A stretch of DNA of 64,000 nt, from assembly GCA_963674695.2 (NCBI GenBank), contig CAXXGI010000003.1:576001-640000 (forward strand), read 5' to 3'. The notes below the pieces were generated by a model that had not been told where the DNA came from, did no database searches, and saw nothing but the letters and a program-made list of their open reading frames with translations. The position numbers and the translations under genes were made by a program. Shown piece after piece: positions 18,561 to 28,756 of this stretch. This DNA comes from a bacterium (GTDB lineage Bacteria > UBA10199 > 2-02-FULL-44-16 > JAAZCA01). Position 1 is the first letter of the stretch. The number at the start of each line of letters is the position of its first letter.

Positions 18561-19733
18561 TTATTTGCAAGCGTTCCAATCGATCGTCATGGAAATGATT
18601 TCTGCTCCGGATCGAACAAAGACTTGCCCTACTGTATCAGCGCTGATTCCCTCAAGGGTTTCATCTTCATTCGAACAGGTCACGGTGATACCTTGGCTGA
18701 GATCCACACGGGAAATACTTCCTCCAGAGTGGAGTACGTAGACGAAGGCACCCGCATCGGCGGCCACATGCACAGCCTGCGTGACATTGCTGAGCGGAAT
18801 AGCATTCGTAATGCTCGGCGGACTCAGCTCGACCTGATCGATGCCTTGCGCGTAACCGACAGCAATGCTGCTGGAATCGATGGGCATGAGGTTGGCGTCG
18901 AGTGGACTGCCGCTCAATGCAACGGTGGGATGGTCCGTGCCTTCACAGGCGAGCATGCTTTCGGTCTGTGCATCGAGCGAGACGATCGAAGTGCCGGTCA
19001 GCACTGCCAGGTGTGAACCGGCCAGCGCCATGGCGCTGGCTCGCGAGGCGATGTCACATCCGACAAAGTCATCCTCGGGAGAGATGTTCGGCCATTGCTT
19101 ATAATTGATGCCTACGACTGCGCTGCGCGATCCCGTCAGTTCTGCCGTAAAATAGAGCGTCTTCTTGTACAGAGCACCGGCTCCAACACTGAGCACTTTT
19201 ACGGAGTCATCGAAAAAAGTTCTGTCATCTTCCGCCAGGACGGTCTCCATGGATCCACCGTTCAAAACGTGATAGCCGACCTGATTCTCCTTTTGGACCG
19301 AAACGAAGATGTGTCCATCGCTGAGTTCCTGGATACTCTTCCCCGAAAATGCACCCGCGAGGGTCTTCTGTGAACAGCTGCCATCCGATGTGCAGGAGAA
19401 AAGGCGGGTACCACTCAGCCCCCAATGCTTGCCCTTCGAGGAGAGCAGATACTGCTTCGGCGCAAACGGTGCATTGAAGGAGGTGCCGTAGCTGATGGCC
19501 GGGGTCAGGTCATCCCCGGTCTCCTCTTCACCGGTGGATTCTCCTGTTTCCTCGTCGCCGTCTTCGCCTTCGACCCCTTCGGCATCCTGGTCGCCGTCAG
19601 CGGATTTGGCCTCATATGGCCCGCCGGTTTCGCAGCCCGACATCACGGCGGCAATTGCCGCAGCGGCGGCAAGATAGCCCAGATAGGCGAGAACAGGTGC
19701 GATTCCGAGAATGGTGAGCGTTGCTGGTAGCAT
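18561..19733 (-). CDS. Putative lipoprotein, beta-rich (propeller-like)
   Basis: GGAGG RBS; lipobox-like MSGC; acidic linker; beta-strand-like repeats. Confidence 0.65.
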   Translation of the reverse strand: MLPATLTILGIAPVLAYLGYLAAAAAIAAVMSGCETGGPYEAKSADGDQDAEGVEGEDGDEETGESTGEEETGDDLTPAISYGTSFNAPFAPKQYLLSSKGKHWGLSGTRLFSCTSDGSCSQKTLAGAFSGKSIQELSDGHIFVSVQKENQVGYHVLNGGSMETVLAEDDRTFFDDSVKVLSVGAGALYKKTLYFTAELTGSRSAVVGINYKQWPNISPEDDFVGCDIASRASAMALAGSHLAVLTGTSIVSLDAQTESMLACEGTDHPTVALSGSPLDANLMPIDSSSIAVGYAQGIDQVELSPPSITNAIPLSNVTQAVHVAADAGAFVYVLHSGGSISRVDLSQGITVTCSNEDETLEGISADTVGQVFVRSGAEIISMTIDWNACK

Positions 19734-19905
19734 GGTGCATCCTCCGACCATGCCCCCCCTTGATGAATCCCCCTTGCGTCCTTCACTCTCATTATCGGCC
19801 GATTTTGGGGAATGTTGCGTCCCAATTCTATATAGCGGTCTTTTTTTTGGGCGACGCATAACTATATGAAATAATTGTATATAATTGATCTCCTTGATAT
19901 CGGTA

Positions 19906-20049
19906 TCGTGAGATAGCGAGATAGCTTCATGGTGAGATGGCTGAATCGTGAGATAGCTAAATGGTGAGATGGCAAAAACGGAAAAGAGATCGCACAGTTG
20001 TTGTTTTTAGCCATCTCACCATCTTACCATCTCACAATCTCACCATCTT
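19906..20049. repeat. 8 bp-period inverted array (GTGAGAT[A/G] ... [C]ATCTCAC)
   Basis: Two arms of octamer repeats in opposite orientation; related to 25505-25727. Confidence 0.85.
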
Positions 20050-20059
20050 GGACATGAAA

Positions 20060-20075
20060 TGGCATAGAGATTGCT
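20060..20075 (+). promoter_or_regulatory. Sigma54-type promoter
   Basis: TGGCATAGAGATTGCT = GG-N10-GC consensus, 38 bp before ATG 20114. Confidence 0.6.
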
Positions 20076-20113
20076 ATAGAATGAAGGTGGTAGGACAAAG
20101 GAGTTTTGGGTCT

Positions 20114-21487
20114 ATGGAAAAACAAGGACTTAGACGATATTTGGGCTTTGGCCTGGGGGTTGTGCTCCTCTCCCTGTGGGTCGGTGTCTCCGGTTGTTCC
20201 GGAACGATCTCCGGGCAGATCTACTTCGACGCCAACAAGAACAGCACGCTCGACAGCAATGAAATCGGCGTTCCCTTCGCGAAACTGACCGTCATCAAGG
20301 ACGGAAAGACCATGAAAGAGGGTTTTACGGACGCTGAGGGCAATTTCCGTTTTAAACACGGCGGAGAGGGAACCTATTATCTCAAAATCGACACCTCGCT
20401 CCTCGAAGAGATGGGGGCCGCTGACTATTCCGCCCCGATAGAGCAGGAGGAAGAGGACGGGCCCAGCGCACAGGTCTTCAAGGCGATCGACATGGACGAT
20501 GGTGAGGATACCTCTGGTGCAGCCGGTGGAACCGGCCTGGAGGGCGATGACGATGACGACAGCAGCACGTCGAACACGGGCAGCAAGCCCGCAGCGCTTC
20601 CCTCCGAGCATACATCCAGCGGCTATCGCGTGAGCGTGGAGAACATCGTGGAGAAGAAGCACGAGATGATCCCGGTCTGGTACGATCGGCTCGCGGCGCT
20701 GAGCCGCTTGCCCGAACGCGTGGAACAGAAGTGTATCTGCGGCGCGCCCTGCACGCTCAAGATCCCCTATCCGGCACAGTGCTCGCTCGAGCCGCTCTAT
20801 GTCGGCCAGGGCATCAGCCTCGATGGCGGTGCGAACGCCGCCTGGGACTCGACCTTCAACGTCGTGACCTTCCTCGAGGGATCGAATGTCTCGGCCCAAC
20901 GCATCGGCGCCAAGGCCCAGTCGACCGATTCCAGTGGTTCAACGGTGCCGACCGTCGCCTCCAACGAGCTGGCCATGGCCGAGATCGACATCGTCAGTGA
21001 GTGTACCGAGGAGGAGGAGCGTACCTTCGAACCCAAGATCAAGTGCGGCGATGAGATCATCGACGGTGGCAGCATCCCGGTGAAGTTCGAGTATGAGGTG
21101 AAGGCGGAGCTGGGATTTTCGATATTGGGTGACGCGTCTGTCGGTAGAGGAAACATTGAATTCAAACTCATCGTCTATAATACGGGTTTGAACACGATCA
21201 AACGAGGCAAGGTGAAACTGGAACTCCCCGCCCTGTGCACGATGAACATCATCAGTTCCGATTCCAGTGCAGCGTGTCAGGATCGACGTGGGTCGATGGT
21301 CTGTATCGTCGAGAATCTCGCGGGCGAGAGCGATGTTACCTTCCGAGGTTCATTCGATATGCCGACACAACTCAGCAGCAGCACCGAATTCGAGATGAAG
21401 GCGACGTTTGAGGCAGAAGGCCTCGAGGATGATATCGAGGAGGAGAGCAGCTGGTATATCGAGGCGGTGCCGGAGGAAGGGACGTAG
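20114..21487 (+). CDS. Lipoprotein with SdrD-B-like N-terminal and DUF11/Ig-like C-terminal domains
   Basis: Lipobox VSGC; ISGQIYFDANKNSTLDSNEIG...TDAEGNFRF; C-terminal VYNTG...C..ENLAGE. Confidence 0.7.
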   Translation: MEKQGLRRYLGFGLGVVLLSLWVGVSGCSGTISGQIYFDANKNSTLDSNEIGVPFAKLTVIKDGKTMKEGFTDAEGNFRFKHGGEGTYYLKIDTSLLEEMGAADYSAPIEQEEEDGPSAQVFKAIDMDDGEDTSGAAGGTGLEGDDDDDSSTSNTGSKPAALPSEHTSSGYRVSVENIVEKKHEMIPVWYDRLAALSRLPERVEQKCICGAPCTLKIPYPAQCSLEPLYVGQGISLDGGANAAWDSTFNVVTFLEGSNVSAQRIGAKAQSTDSSGSTVPTVASNELAMAEIDIVSECTEEEERTFEPKIKCGDEIIDGGSIPVKFEYEVKAELGFSILGDASVGRGNIEFKLIVYNTGLNTIKRGKVKLELPALCTMNIISSDSSAACQDRRGSMVCIVENLAGESDVTFRGSFDMPTQLSSSTEFEMKATFEAEGLEDDIEEESSWYIEAVPEEGT

Positions 21488-21640
21488 AATATGAAGTGTC
21501 ATTCCCGCGAAAGCGGGAATCTCGCTTGATACGGCACATCGAGATCCCCGCGTTCGCGGGGATGACACAACCACAGACTTGTCATCAAAGCCATGCGGCC
21601 CCACGAGGCCGCTTTTTTTACGCAAAAATCGGGCCAACCC

Positions 21641-21669
21641 CTTGACTCCCCTGCTGATTCACTCCATAT
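21641..21669 (+). promoter_or_regulatory. Sigma32-like promoter of dnaK
   Basis: CTTGACT...CTCCATAT upstream of dnaK. Confidence 0.5.
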
Positions 21670-21724
21670 GAGCCCTGCGGCCATTCTGGCCGTCAACAAA
21701 TCCTTTAAAACAGTTGGAGGAAAC

Positions 21725-23647
21725 ATGGGTAAAATCATTGGAATCGACTTGGGAACGACCAACTCCTGCGTGGCCGTGATGGAGGGCGGAGAGCCCAAGA
21801 TCATCCCGAACGAAGAGGGAAATCGCACGACCCCGTCGGTGGTCGCCTACACCAAGGACGGCGAGATCCTGGTCGGTCAGATCGCCAAGCGCCAGGCCAT
21901 CACGAACCCTGAGAACACCATCTACTCGATCAAGCGCTTCATGGGGCGCAAATACGATGAAGTCCCGGAGGAGATCCGGATCGTGCCGTATAAGGTGGAG
22001 AAGGCCTCCAATGGCGATGTCGAAGTCCTCATCGATGGCAAGGAGCTGGCTCCCCCCGAGATCTCGGCGCATATCCTGCGCAAGCTCAAGCGCGCCGCCG
22101 AGAACTATCTGGGCGAGACCGTGAACGATGCCGTCATCACGGTTCCGGCCTATTTCAACGACAGCCAGCGCCAGGCCACCAAAGATGCCGGCAAGATCGC
22201 CGGGTTCGATGTGAAGCGCATCATCAACGAGCCGACGGCGGCGGCACTGGCCTATGGTCTGGACAAGAAGAAGGACGAGACGGTCGCCGTCTTCGATTTC
22301 GGCGGCGGAACCTTTGACATCTCGATCCTGGAAGTCGGCGAAAACGTCGTGGAGGTCGCCTCGACCAACGGTGACACGCACCTGGGCGGCGACAACATCG
22401 ATCAGCGGCTCATGGAGTATCTCATCGAGGAGTTCAAGAAGGATCAGGGCATCGATGTCTCGAACGACAAGATGGTTCTGCAGCGCCTGAAAGAGGCGGC
22501 CGAGAAGGCGAAGATCGAACTCTCCCAGACCATGGAGACCGAGATCAACCTCCCCTTCCTCACCGCCGACGCCTCGGGCCCGAAACACATGAACATCAAG
22601 ATGACGCGCGCGAAGTTTGAGTCGCTCGTGGGCGATCTGCTGGAGAAGACGATCGAGCCCTGCAAGAAGGCGCTGAGTGACGCCGACAAGAAGCCCTCGG
22701 ATATCCATGAGGTGATCCTGGTCGGTGGCTCCACACGCATTCCGAAGGTACAGGAGATCGTGAAGGAGTTCTTCGGGCGCGAACCGCACAAGGGCGTGAA
22801 CCCGGACGAGGTCGTCGCGGCCGGCGCATCGGTCCAGGGCGGCGTGCTCGCGGGCGATGTGAAGGACATGCTCTTGCTCGACGTCACCCCGCTCTCGCTC
22901 GGCATCGAGACGCTCGGCGGCGTGATGACCAAACTGATCGAGCGCAACACCACGATCCCCACGCGCAAGAGCCAGGTCTTCTCGACCGCGGCCGACAGCC
23001 AGACCTCCGTCGAGGTCCATGTGCTGCAGGGCGAGCGCGAGATGGCCAGCGATGATCGCACGCTCGGGCGCTTTCACTTGGATGGCATTCCGCCGGCTCC
23101 GCGCGGCGTGCCGCAGGTGGAGGTCACCTTTGACATCGACGCCAACGGCATCGTGCATGTCATGGCAAAGGACAAGGCGACGAACAAGGAACAGAAGATC
23201 ACGATCACCTCGAGTTCGGGGCTGGAAAAGAACGACATCGATCGGCTCGTCAAAGAGGCCAAGGAACACGAGGGCGACGACAAAAAGCGCCGCGAAGATA
23301 TCGACCTGCGCAACCAGGCCGATTCCATGGTCTACAACACCGAGAAGATGCTGAACGAAAACCGTGAGAAGATCCCGGTGGGCGATGCACAGAAGGTCGA
23401 CGAGGCGCTCGCCGCATGCAAGAAGGCGCTCGAAGACAAGGATGGGGCTGCCATCAAGTCGACCATGGAGGCGCTCACGCAGGCTTCGCACAAGATGGCC
23501 GAGGCGATGTACAAGGCCAGCAGCGCTGAGGCCGGAACCCAGCCAGGCGCCGAAGACGCGCAGCCCGGTGCGGAAGAGCCGAAGAAAGAAGAGAAAAAGG
23601 ACGAGAACGTCGTCGACGCTGAGTTCGAGGAGTCGAAAGACAGCTAA
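21725..23647 (+). CDS. dnaK: Molecular chaperone DnaK
   Basis: [30 protein letters not shown]; GGAGG RBS. Confidence 0.99.
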   Translation: MGKIIGIDLGTTNSCVAVMEGGEPKIIPNEEGNRTTPSVVAYTKDGEILVGQIAKRQAITNPENTIYSIKRFMGRKYDEVPEEIRIVPYKVEKASNGDVEVLIDGKELAPPEISAHILRKLKRAAENYLGETVNDAVITVPAYFNDSQRQATKDAGKIAGFDVKRIINEPTAAALAYGLDKKKDETVAVFDFGGGTFDISILEVGENVVEVASTNGDTHLGGDNIDQRLMEYLIEEFKKDQGIDVSNDKMVLQRLKEAAEKAKIELSQTMETEINLPFLTADASGPKHMNIKMTRAKFESLVGDLLEKTIEPCKKALSDADKKPSDIHEVILVGGSTRIPKVQEIVKEFFGREPHKGVNPDEVVAAGASVQGGVLAGDVKDMLLLDVTPLSLGIETLGGVMTKLIERNTTIPTRKSQVFSTAADSQTSVEVHVLQGEREMASDDRTLGRFHLDGIPPAPRGVPQVEVTFDIDANGIVHVMAKDKATNKEQKITITSSSGLEKNDIDRLVKEAKEHEGDDKKRREDIDLRNQADSMVYNTEKMLNENREKIPVGDAQKVDEALAACKKALEDKDGAAIKSTMEALTQASHKMAEAMYKASSAEAGTQPGAEDAQPGAEEPKKEEKKDENVVDAEFEESKDS

Positions 23648-23681
23648 GGCGAGGCACGCTTGTCACGCGAGACAGGAAATC

Positions 23682-23709
23682 AAACGGCGCCCACGCGGGC
23701 GCCGTTTTG
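23682..23709. terminator. Bidirectional intrinsic terminator
   Basis: AAACGGCGCCC-acgc-GGGCGCCGTTTT between convergent genes. Confidence 0.8.
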
Positions 23710-23731
23710 TATTGGTGGTTGGGAATACAGC

Positions 23732-24520
23732 CTACTGTATTTCGCCTGATTTGATTTCGATGATAAGACTTCCACCGCTGCCATCGTTCTCCTTGAAGTT
23801 GACACGGATATGCGCCTTATCCTCCATGGTAATCGTAATGCTCTCTTTTGGGCTGTTAGGGTCGAAGTAGGACATGCCCTTGCGCTTTCCGCTCTCCTGT
23901 TTCGGAAATCGAATCCGCATCCTCGCTTCATCAAAGCTGCAGCCCGCATCTTCGAGTTTTTTGCGATCTGCCTTTGAGATGATGAGCTTTGTCACAACCG
24001 GGTGCGCGCCACTCTTGACTGCATCGCGCGTTGGCGCGAGCCCCTTTTCATGAAACCGCGCTGCCATCAGCCGAGAACTGATCGTGTTCTTCCCCTTGTC
24101 GCTGTGGACATCGAAGAGGTGGTGATCATCCTTATCGAAGACCCCATATTGATCGCAACTACAACGAGCCTGATTTAAAGGTGCCCCTAAACGCACGCCA
24201 AAGGCATCAGCCACCATTTTGTGCTTCGGCTTGATCTCCCAGGATTCATGGGCCAGCTCGTCCTTCATCTTTTGGACTCGCGCTTCTTCCTCCTGCTTCT
24301 CTGCGCGTTCGGCACAGACAAATTTATAGATGCCCTGAATGCTTGGATTGTTCATCTTGAGAACGTGGCTTCCACCATCCCGATTCTTCTGGATAAACAG
24401 ATCCCTTTCACCAACGATGCCATCGCCGTCCTGATCGAGAACGGTCACTCCTTCGCGATTAGCTTTCGCCGATTGATTGAATTCCTTGATCGATATATTC
24501 GAACAACGCATTTCACCCAT
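23732..24520 (-). CDS. Lys-rich hypothetical protein
   Basis: 262 aa ORF, AGGGAG RBS, lower GC; DQDGDG EF-hand-like loop. Confidence 0.7.
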   Translation of the reverse strand: MGEMRCSNISIKEFNQSAKANREGVTVLDQDGDGIVGERDLFIQKNRDGGSHVLKMNNPSIQGIYKFVCAERAEKQEEEARVQKMKDELAHESWEIKPKHKMVADAFGVRLGAPLNQARCSCDQYGVFDKDDHHLFDVHSDKGKNTISSRLMAARFHEKGLAPTRDAVKSGAHPVVTKLIISKADRKKLEDAGCSFDEARMRIRFPKQESGKRKGMSYFDPNSPKESITITMEDKAHIRVNFKENDGSGGSLIIEIKSGEIQ

Positions 24521-24657
24521 AGATGCTCCCTGATGTAGGCTCCTCTTAAGAGAATTATCGGCAATGAGATACCTGGAGTTGCTTCAGATTCAGGCAAAAA
24601 TAAATCTGAGATACACATGCGGTTTAAAGGTGCGGCGGGCAATTCAGAATAGCAACA

Positions 24658-24813
24658 GGACACCTCTAAAAACTGCGTTTTTTGCCTGTCATCCCCGAGT
24701 GATTCTATCGGGGATCCAGCCCGGAAAACTATAGAGGAGAAAGCTTTGGCTGGATTCCCGCTTACCCCCGCGGGAATGACACCATTCGGAATTTGAGGTT
24801 TTTAGAGGTGCCC
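24658..24813. mobile_element. MITE with GGGCACCTCTAAAAAC-type ends, REP-A cargo and AACA target duplication
   Basis: TIRs; AACA at 24654-24657 and 24814-24817. Confidence 0.8.
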
Positions 24814-24818
24814 AACAT

Positions 24819-25496
24819 TCACTCACGCTTTCCCGCTACGATCAGCGTGATCTCGCCCTTTGGCGGTTTCTCCTCCACCTGACGATGGAGTTCTGAAAGA
24901 TTTCCACGCGCGAATTCTTCATGAAGCTTGGTCAATTCGCGGCAGATGCAGGCCTGGCGATCGCCCAGGATATCGAGGCAATCCTTGAGCGTCGCGGCGA
25001 TCTTCCACTTCGAGACATAGAGGACGAGCGTATGCGGAATGTCGCGTATCTCCTCCAGGACGCGACGGCGTTTTCCAGGCTTGTCCGGCAGAAATCCGAC
25101 ATACGTGAACCGGTCGGTGGGAAGCCCCGCAGCCGAGAGCGCCGTGATAACCGCGGAGACGCCGGGGATCGGAACGACCTCGATGCCGGCCTTGAGCGCG
25201 GCGGTAACGAGCGGATAGCCCGGATCGGAGATGCAGGGCGTTCCTGCCTCCGATACGAGCGCGATATTCTCGCCCCCAAGGAGTTGGGCGACGATCCGTT
25301 CCGCTTTTACGCACTCGCGTCCCTGATAGTAGCTCATCAGCTTCGTATGCAGATCGAAGTGCGTCAGGAGCTTGCGCGTCGTGCGCGTGTCCTCCGCGGC
25401 GATGAGATCGACCTCCTTGAGGATACGCAACGCGCGCAGCGTCATATCCTCGAGATTCCCGATCGGTGTGGCGACGATGTAGAGGGTTCCGGCCAT
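24819..25496 (-). CDS. rsmI: 16S rRNA (C1402-2'-O)-methyltransferase
   Basis: LYIVATPIGNLEDMT, AEDTR, SEAGTPCISDPG, RELTKLHEE. Confidence 0.97.
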   Translation of the reverse strand: MAGTLYIVATPIGNLEDMTLRALRILKEVDLIAAEDTRTTRKLLTHFDLHTKLMSYYQGRECVKAERIVAQLLGGENIALVSEAGTPCISDPGYPLVTAALKAGIEVVPIPGVSAVITALSAAGLPTDRFTYVGFLPDKPGKRRRVLEEIRDIPHTLVLYVSKWKIAATLKDCLDILGDRQACICRELTKLHEEFARGNLSELHRQVEEKPPKGEITLIVAGKRE

Positions 25497-25504
25497 GCTT
25501 TGTT

Positions 25505-25727
25505 AGATGGTGAGATAGTGAGATAGTGAGATAGTGAGATAGCTAAAAGCCACTTCCTAGACTATCGTTTTTTCCGTTTTGCCATCTCACTATTAGGCTA
25601 TCTCACGATTGAGCCATCTCACTATTAGGCTATCTCACGATCTCACGATTGAGCCATCTCACTATTAGGCTATCTCACGATCTCACGATTGAGCCATCTC
25701 ACTATTTGGCTATCTCACGATCTCACT
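25505..25727. repeat. 8 bp-period inverted array with 32/40 bp higher-order repeat
   Basis: GTGAGATA-type x4; GCCATCTCACTATT at 25581, 25613, 25653, 25693. Confidence 0.9.
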
Positions 25728-27351
25728 AGTAGTAATGTGCAATCGGACATCGGCGTCCGGGGCCGAAGGCCTTCGAAGTGATCTTGAGGCCGGGGGCAGA
25801 CTGCCGGCGTTTGTATTCATTGCGATCGATCATACCGGTGATGCGCTCGACGAGCGCTGCTTCGAACCCCATCGCGATGATCGCGGCCACGCTCTGGCGC
25901 TCTTCGACATAGGCGCGGATGATCGGATCGAGGATCTCATAGGGCGGCAGCGAATCCGTATCCTGCTGGTCGGGCCTGAGCTCCGCCGAAGGGGGTTTGG
26001 TCAAGATCGCCTGTGGAATCACTTCATGTTTCCGATTCAGATGGCGCGCGAGCGCGAAGACCATCGTCTTCGGGATGTCGGAGATGAGCGCCAGCCCCCC
26101 CGCCATGTCGCCATAGAGCGTGCAGTAGCCGACCGAGATCTCCGATTTATTTCCGGTCGAGAGCACCAGCGCCCCCTCGCGGTTGGAGATCGCCATCAGA
26201 ATATTGCCGCGGATGCGCGCCTGAATGTTCTCTTCCGCGAGCGTCACCGTGTTCGGATCGAAGGCGAGCTGTTGCCGATAGGTCTCGTAGATATCACCGA
26301 TCGGTTCCGTGCAGGTGATGATGCCGAGGTTCTTCGCCAGCGCCTGTGCGTCGGTCACACTCGATTCGGAGCTGTACGGAGAGGGCATCAGCACGCCCAA
26401 GACCTTGTCGGGGCCGATCGCCTCGGTCGCAATGGCGGCCACGACGGCCGAATCGATGCCACCGGAGAGGCCGATGACGACGCGATCGAACCCGCACTTG
26501 CGCATGTAGTCGCGCAGCCCCAACACGAGCGCCTGCCGGATCTCCTCCTCCTCGGGGAGGTCCAAGAGATTCGCTGCCGGATTCAACTGATCTGTATCGA
26601 CGATGAAGCTCTCCTCGGCGAATGCCGCTCCCTCGCGAACGATCTGCCCCTTGGCATCCACCACGATCGAGCGTCCATCGAAGACCAGTTCGTCGTTTCC
26701 GCCGACCTGGTTGCAGTAGAGGATCGGACGGGAGAGATTTTTCGCCTCACCCGTAATCAACTCGCGCCGGATGGCCTGCTTGCCGATGGTAAAGGGCGAT
26801 GCAGAAAGGTTGAGGACGATATCCGCCCCCGCCTCGACGACGAGGGACACGGGATCGATGCGATAGAGGCGACGACCCGCGAACTCATGACGGCTCCAGA
26901 TGTCCTCGCACATCGTGAGCCCAATTGTGACACCGTCGAAGTCATAGACGCCATGTTCCTTCGCGGGCTCAAAATAGCGCGCTTCATCGAAGACGTCATA
27001 TTCCGGGAGCAAGGTCTTGTGTTGAACGAACTGGACGCGACCATCGCGGAGGATGGCCGCGCTGTTGAACAGCCCCTGTCCCTCGGCCGATTCGTTCAGT
27101 GAAACGAAGCCGACCACGACCGCTGTATGGCGCGTCTTTGCCGCGATGGCCTCGACTGCCTCGAGGTTGCGTTGAACGAAGGAGGGTTTTTCGAGGAGAT
27201 CGCGCGGAGGATAGCCGCAGACGGTGAGTTCTGGGAAGAGGACGAGATCGACCCCCTCCCCCTCGGCCCAGCGCAGACGCTCCTCGATCCGCGCCGCATT
27301 TCCGCGGAAATCGCCGATGGTGGTGTTGATCTGGGCCAGCGCAATCTTCAT
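25726..27351 (-). CDS. nadE: Glutamine-dependent NAD+ synthetase
   Basis: Nitrilase domain (FPEL, CED) plus SGGIDS, ENIQARIRG, PPSAELRP. Confidence 0.97.
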   Translation of the reverse strand: MKIALAQINTTIGDFRGNAARIEERLRWAEGEGVDLVLFPELTVCGYPPRDLLEKPSFVQRNLEAVEAIAAKTRHTAVVVGFVSLNESAEGQGLFNSAAILRDGRVQFVQHKTLLPEYDVFDEARYFEPAKEHGVYDFDGVTIGLTMCEDIWSRHEFAGRRLYRIDPVSLVVEAGADIVLNLSASPFTIGKQAIRRELITGEAKNLSRPILYCNQVGGNDELVFDGRSIVVDAKGQIVREGAAFAEESFIVDTDQLNPAANLLDLPEEEEIRQALVLGLRDYMRKCGFDRVVIGLSGGIDSAVVAAIATEAIGPDKVLGVLMPSPYSSESSVTDAQALAKNLGIITCTEPIGDIYETYRQQLAFDPNTVTLAEENIQARIRGNILMAISNREGALVLSTGNKSEISVGYCTLYGDMAGGLALISDIPKTMVFALARHLNRKHEVIPQAILTKPPSAELRPDQQDTDSLPPYEILDPIIRAYVEERQSVAAIIAMGFEAALVERITGMIDRNEYKRRQSAPGLKITSKAFGPGRRCPIAHYY

Positions 27352-27397
27352 GGATGCATCTCTATGGGGTGATCTGCCGAAAGTCAACGATCCCCCC

Positions 27398-27700
27398 TCA
27401 CTTCCAGGGGACGTTCACCTCGCCGAATTTTTTCCAGCGCATCTTTTTCTGATGGGGGTCCCAACAGCGCTGACCGTCCTTGGCCATCGAACAGGGACAA
27501 GCGTTGTTCTTGATGCCATAGTGACAAGCCTTGGGTTTGGCCGGCGATTGCCAATTATCGCGCGTGTGCGTGCTGGCCTCGGTTCGCTCCTGGACGGTCG
27601 GGGGCGAAACGGCGCCGGCATCCCCCACGGCAACCGTCGCCACGATCGGCAGCATGAGCGTTGTCATCAGGATCAGGCAGACGAGATTTCGTATCATCAC
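27398..27700 (-). CDS. Small secreted Cys-containing protein
   Basis: AAGGAGG RBS; signal peptide; four Cys in C-terminal part. Confidence 0.6.
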   Translation of the reverse strand: MMIRNLVCLILMTTLMLPIVATVAVGDAGAVSPPTVQERTEASTHTRDNWQSPAKPKACHYGIKNNACPCSMAKDGQRCWDPHQKKMRWKKFGEVNVPWK

Positions 27701-27707
27701 ATCCTCC

Positions 27708-28124
27708 TTAGCGTACGAATTGAATGACGAGGTGCACCGCCCACTGCAGGATGAGTGCCCCCAAGAAAACGGCAATCAGGAAATCGCGCTGGCCCTGTGT
27801 CAGCAATGTCCGTGGCCAACGCCCGACGATCACGGCAAAGAGCGCGCGTCCGAAGAGAGAGACGAGCCAAAGGGCGATGATGATTCCCAATGGATGCGCA
27901 TCGATGCTCGTTCGGATCTCTCCCCGCATGAGGGCGATGAATGCGGTGGTCAGGCCGCAGCCCGGACAGGGTACGCCCAGGAAATGACGAACGGCGCAGG
28001 TCGGAATGGCTTCGATCCGGGGAAAGCGCGGCAAGAACCACGCAACACAAAAAAGGGCCGGGACGCCCATCAGGACACCCCAGCCCTCTATTACCATTTG
28101 TCTGCGCGAAAGCGCCCTCTCCAT
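27708..28124 (-). CDS. DUF2752-like membrane protein
   Basis: C...GVPCPGCGLT...HP motif. Confidence 0.85.
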   Translation of the reverse strand: MERALSRRQMVIEGWGVLMGVPALFCVAWFLPRFPRIEAIPTCAVRHFLGVPCPGCGLTTAFIALMRGEIRTSIDAHPLGIIIALWLVSLFGRALFAVIVGRWPRTLLTQGQRDFLIAVFLGALILQWAVHLVIQFVR

Positions 28125-28126
28125 GA

Positions 28127-28564
28127 TCAGCCCAGTCCGACCTTTTTGGCGGCAAAATCACCGATGACCGGAATTCTCCAGCGCTCGCCCTGGTAGGCCT
28201 TCACCAGACAGACGACCCAGAGGACGAAGGCGGCGAGCATGACCAGCGGAATGAAAAATCCGATGATGATGCCCAGCACGCTGGCGATGAGCCCCATGAT
28301 GCCCGCGAGGATCTCGAGTGCGATGACGATGGCGATATAGGCCACGCCAAAGATGAGCGACTGCCAGGCGTGAAACTTGACGTCCTGGTTCTCCTTCTCG
28401 ATAAGGAGAAAGATGATGCTCGTGATCGGCGCGCAGATATAACAAAGAAGGCTGGCGATATTCGGTGCAAGCCCCGTTCCCTGGCTCCCTGCCGGCGGTG
28501 GCGGGGACGATGGCGGTGGCATGTTTCCGGTGGGCGGTGTTGGTGTCTGTCCGGCACTTCTCAT
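28127..28564 (-). CDS. DUF4870-like membrane protein
   Basis: TGLAPNIASLLCY...VKFHAWQS...KAYQGERWRIPVIG. Confidence 0.85.
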   Translation of the reverse strand: MRSAGQTPTPPTGNMPPPSSPPPPAGSQGTGLAPNIASLLCYICAPITSIIFLLIEKENQDVKFHAWQSLIFGVAYIAIVIALEILAGIMGLIASVLGIIIGFFIPLVMLAAFVLWVVCLVKAYQGERWRIPVIGDFAAKKVGLG

Positions 28565-28756
28565 AAATTCCCCCTTTTGTTCATCGAATTGGCGGTATTG
28601 TGCCGAATATCAATGCGTTATGCAATACTAATTCAGAAGGCTGCAAGACATTCTCGCATCCGATCGTACTCAGCAGAGTCATTCCCGCGAAGGCGGGAAT
28701 CTCGATGTACCGTAAAGAGCGAGATTCCCGCCTTCGCGGGAATGACAAACTTCTTG

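Noticed and set aside
21593-21724. N-terminal extensions given by the ORF track (dnaK; similarly lnt, HAD, HDIG, ihfB, 19961 ORF)
   Set aside because: The extensions run through promoter, repeat or neighbouring-gene DNA; RBS and family N-termini support the downstream starts.
21659-23491. 610 aa ORF antisense to dnaK
   Set aside because: Antisense shadow ORF expected from codon bias in GC-rich genes. The same applies to the long antisense ORFs over rpsA, rel, nadE, the S8 protease and the M49-like gene.
25581-25727. Possible CRISPR array or iterons
   Set aside because: No unique spacers; it is a tandem octamer-derived repeat with no rep or cas gene nearby.
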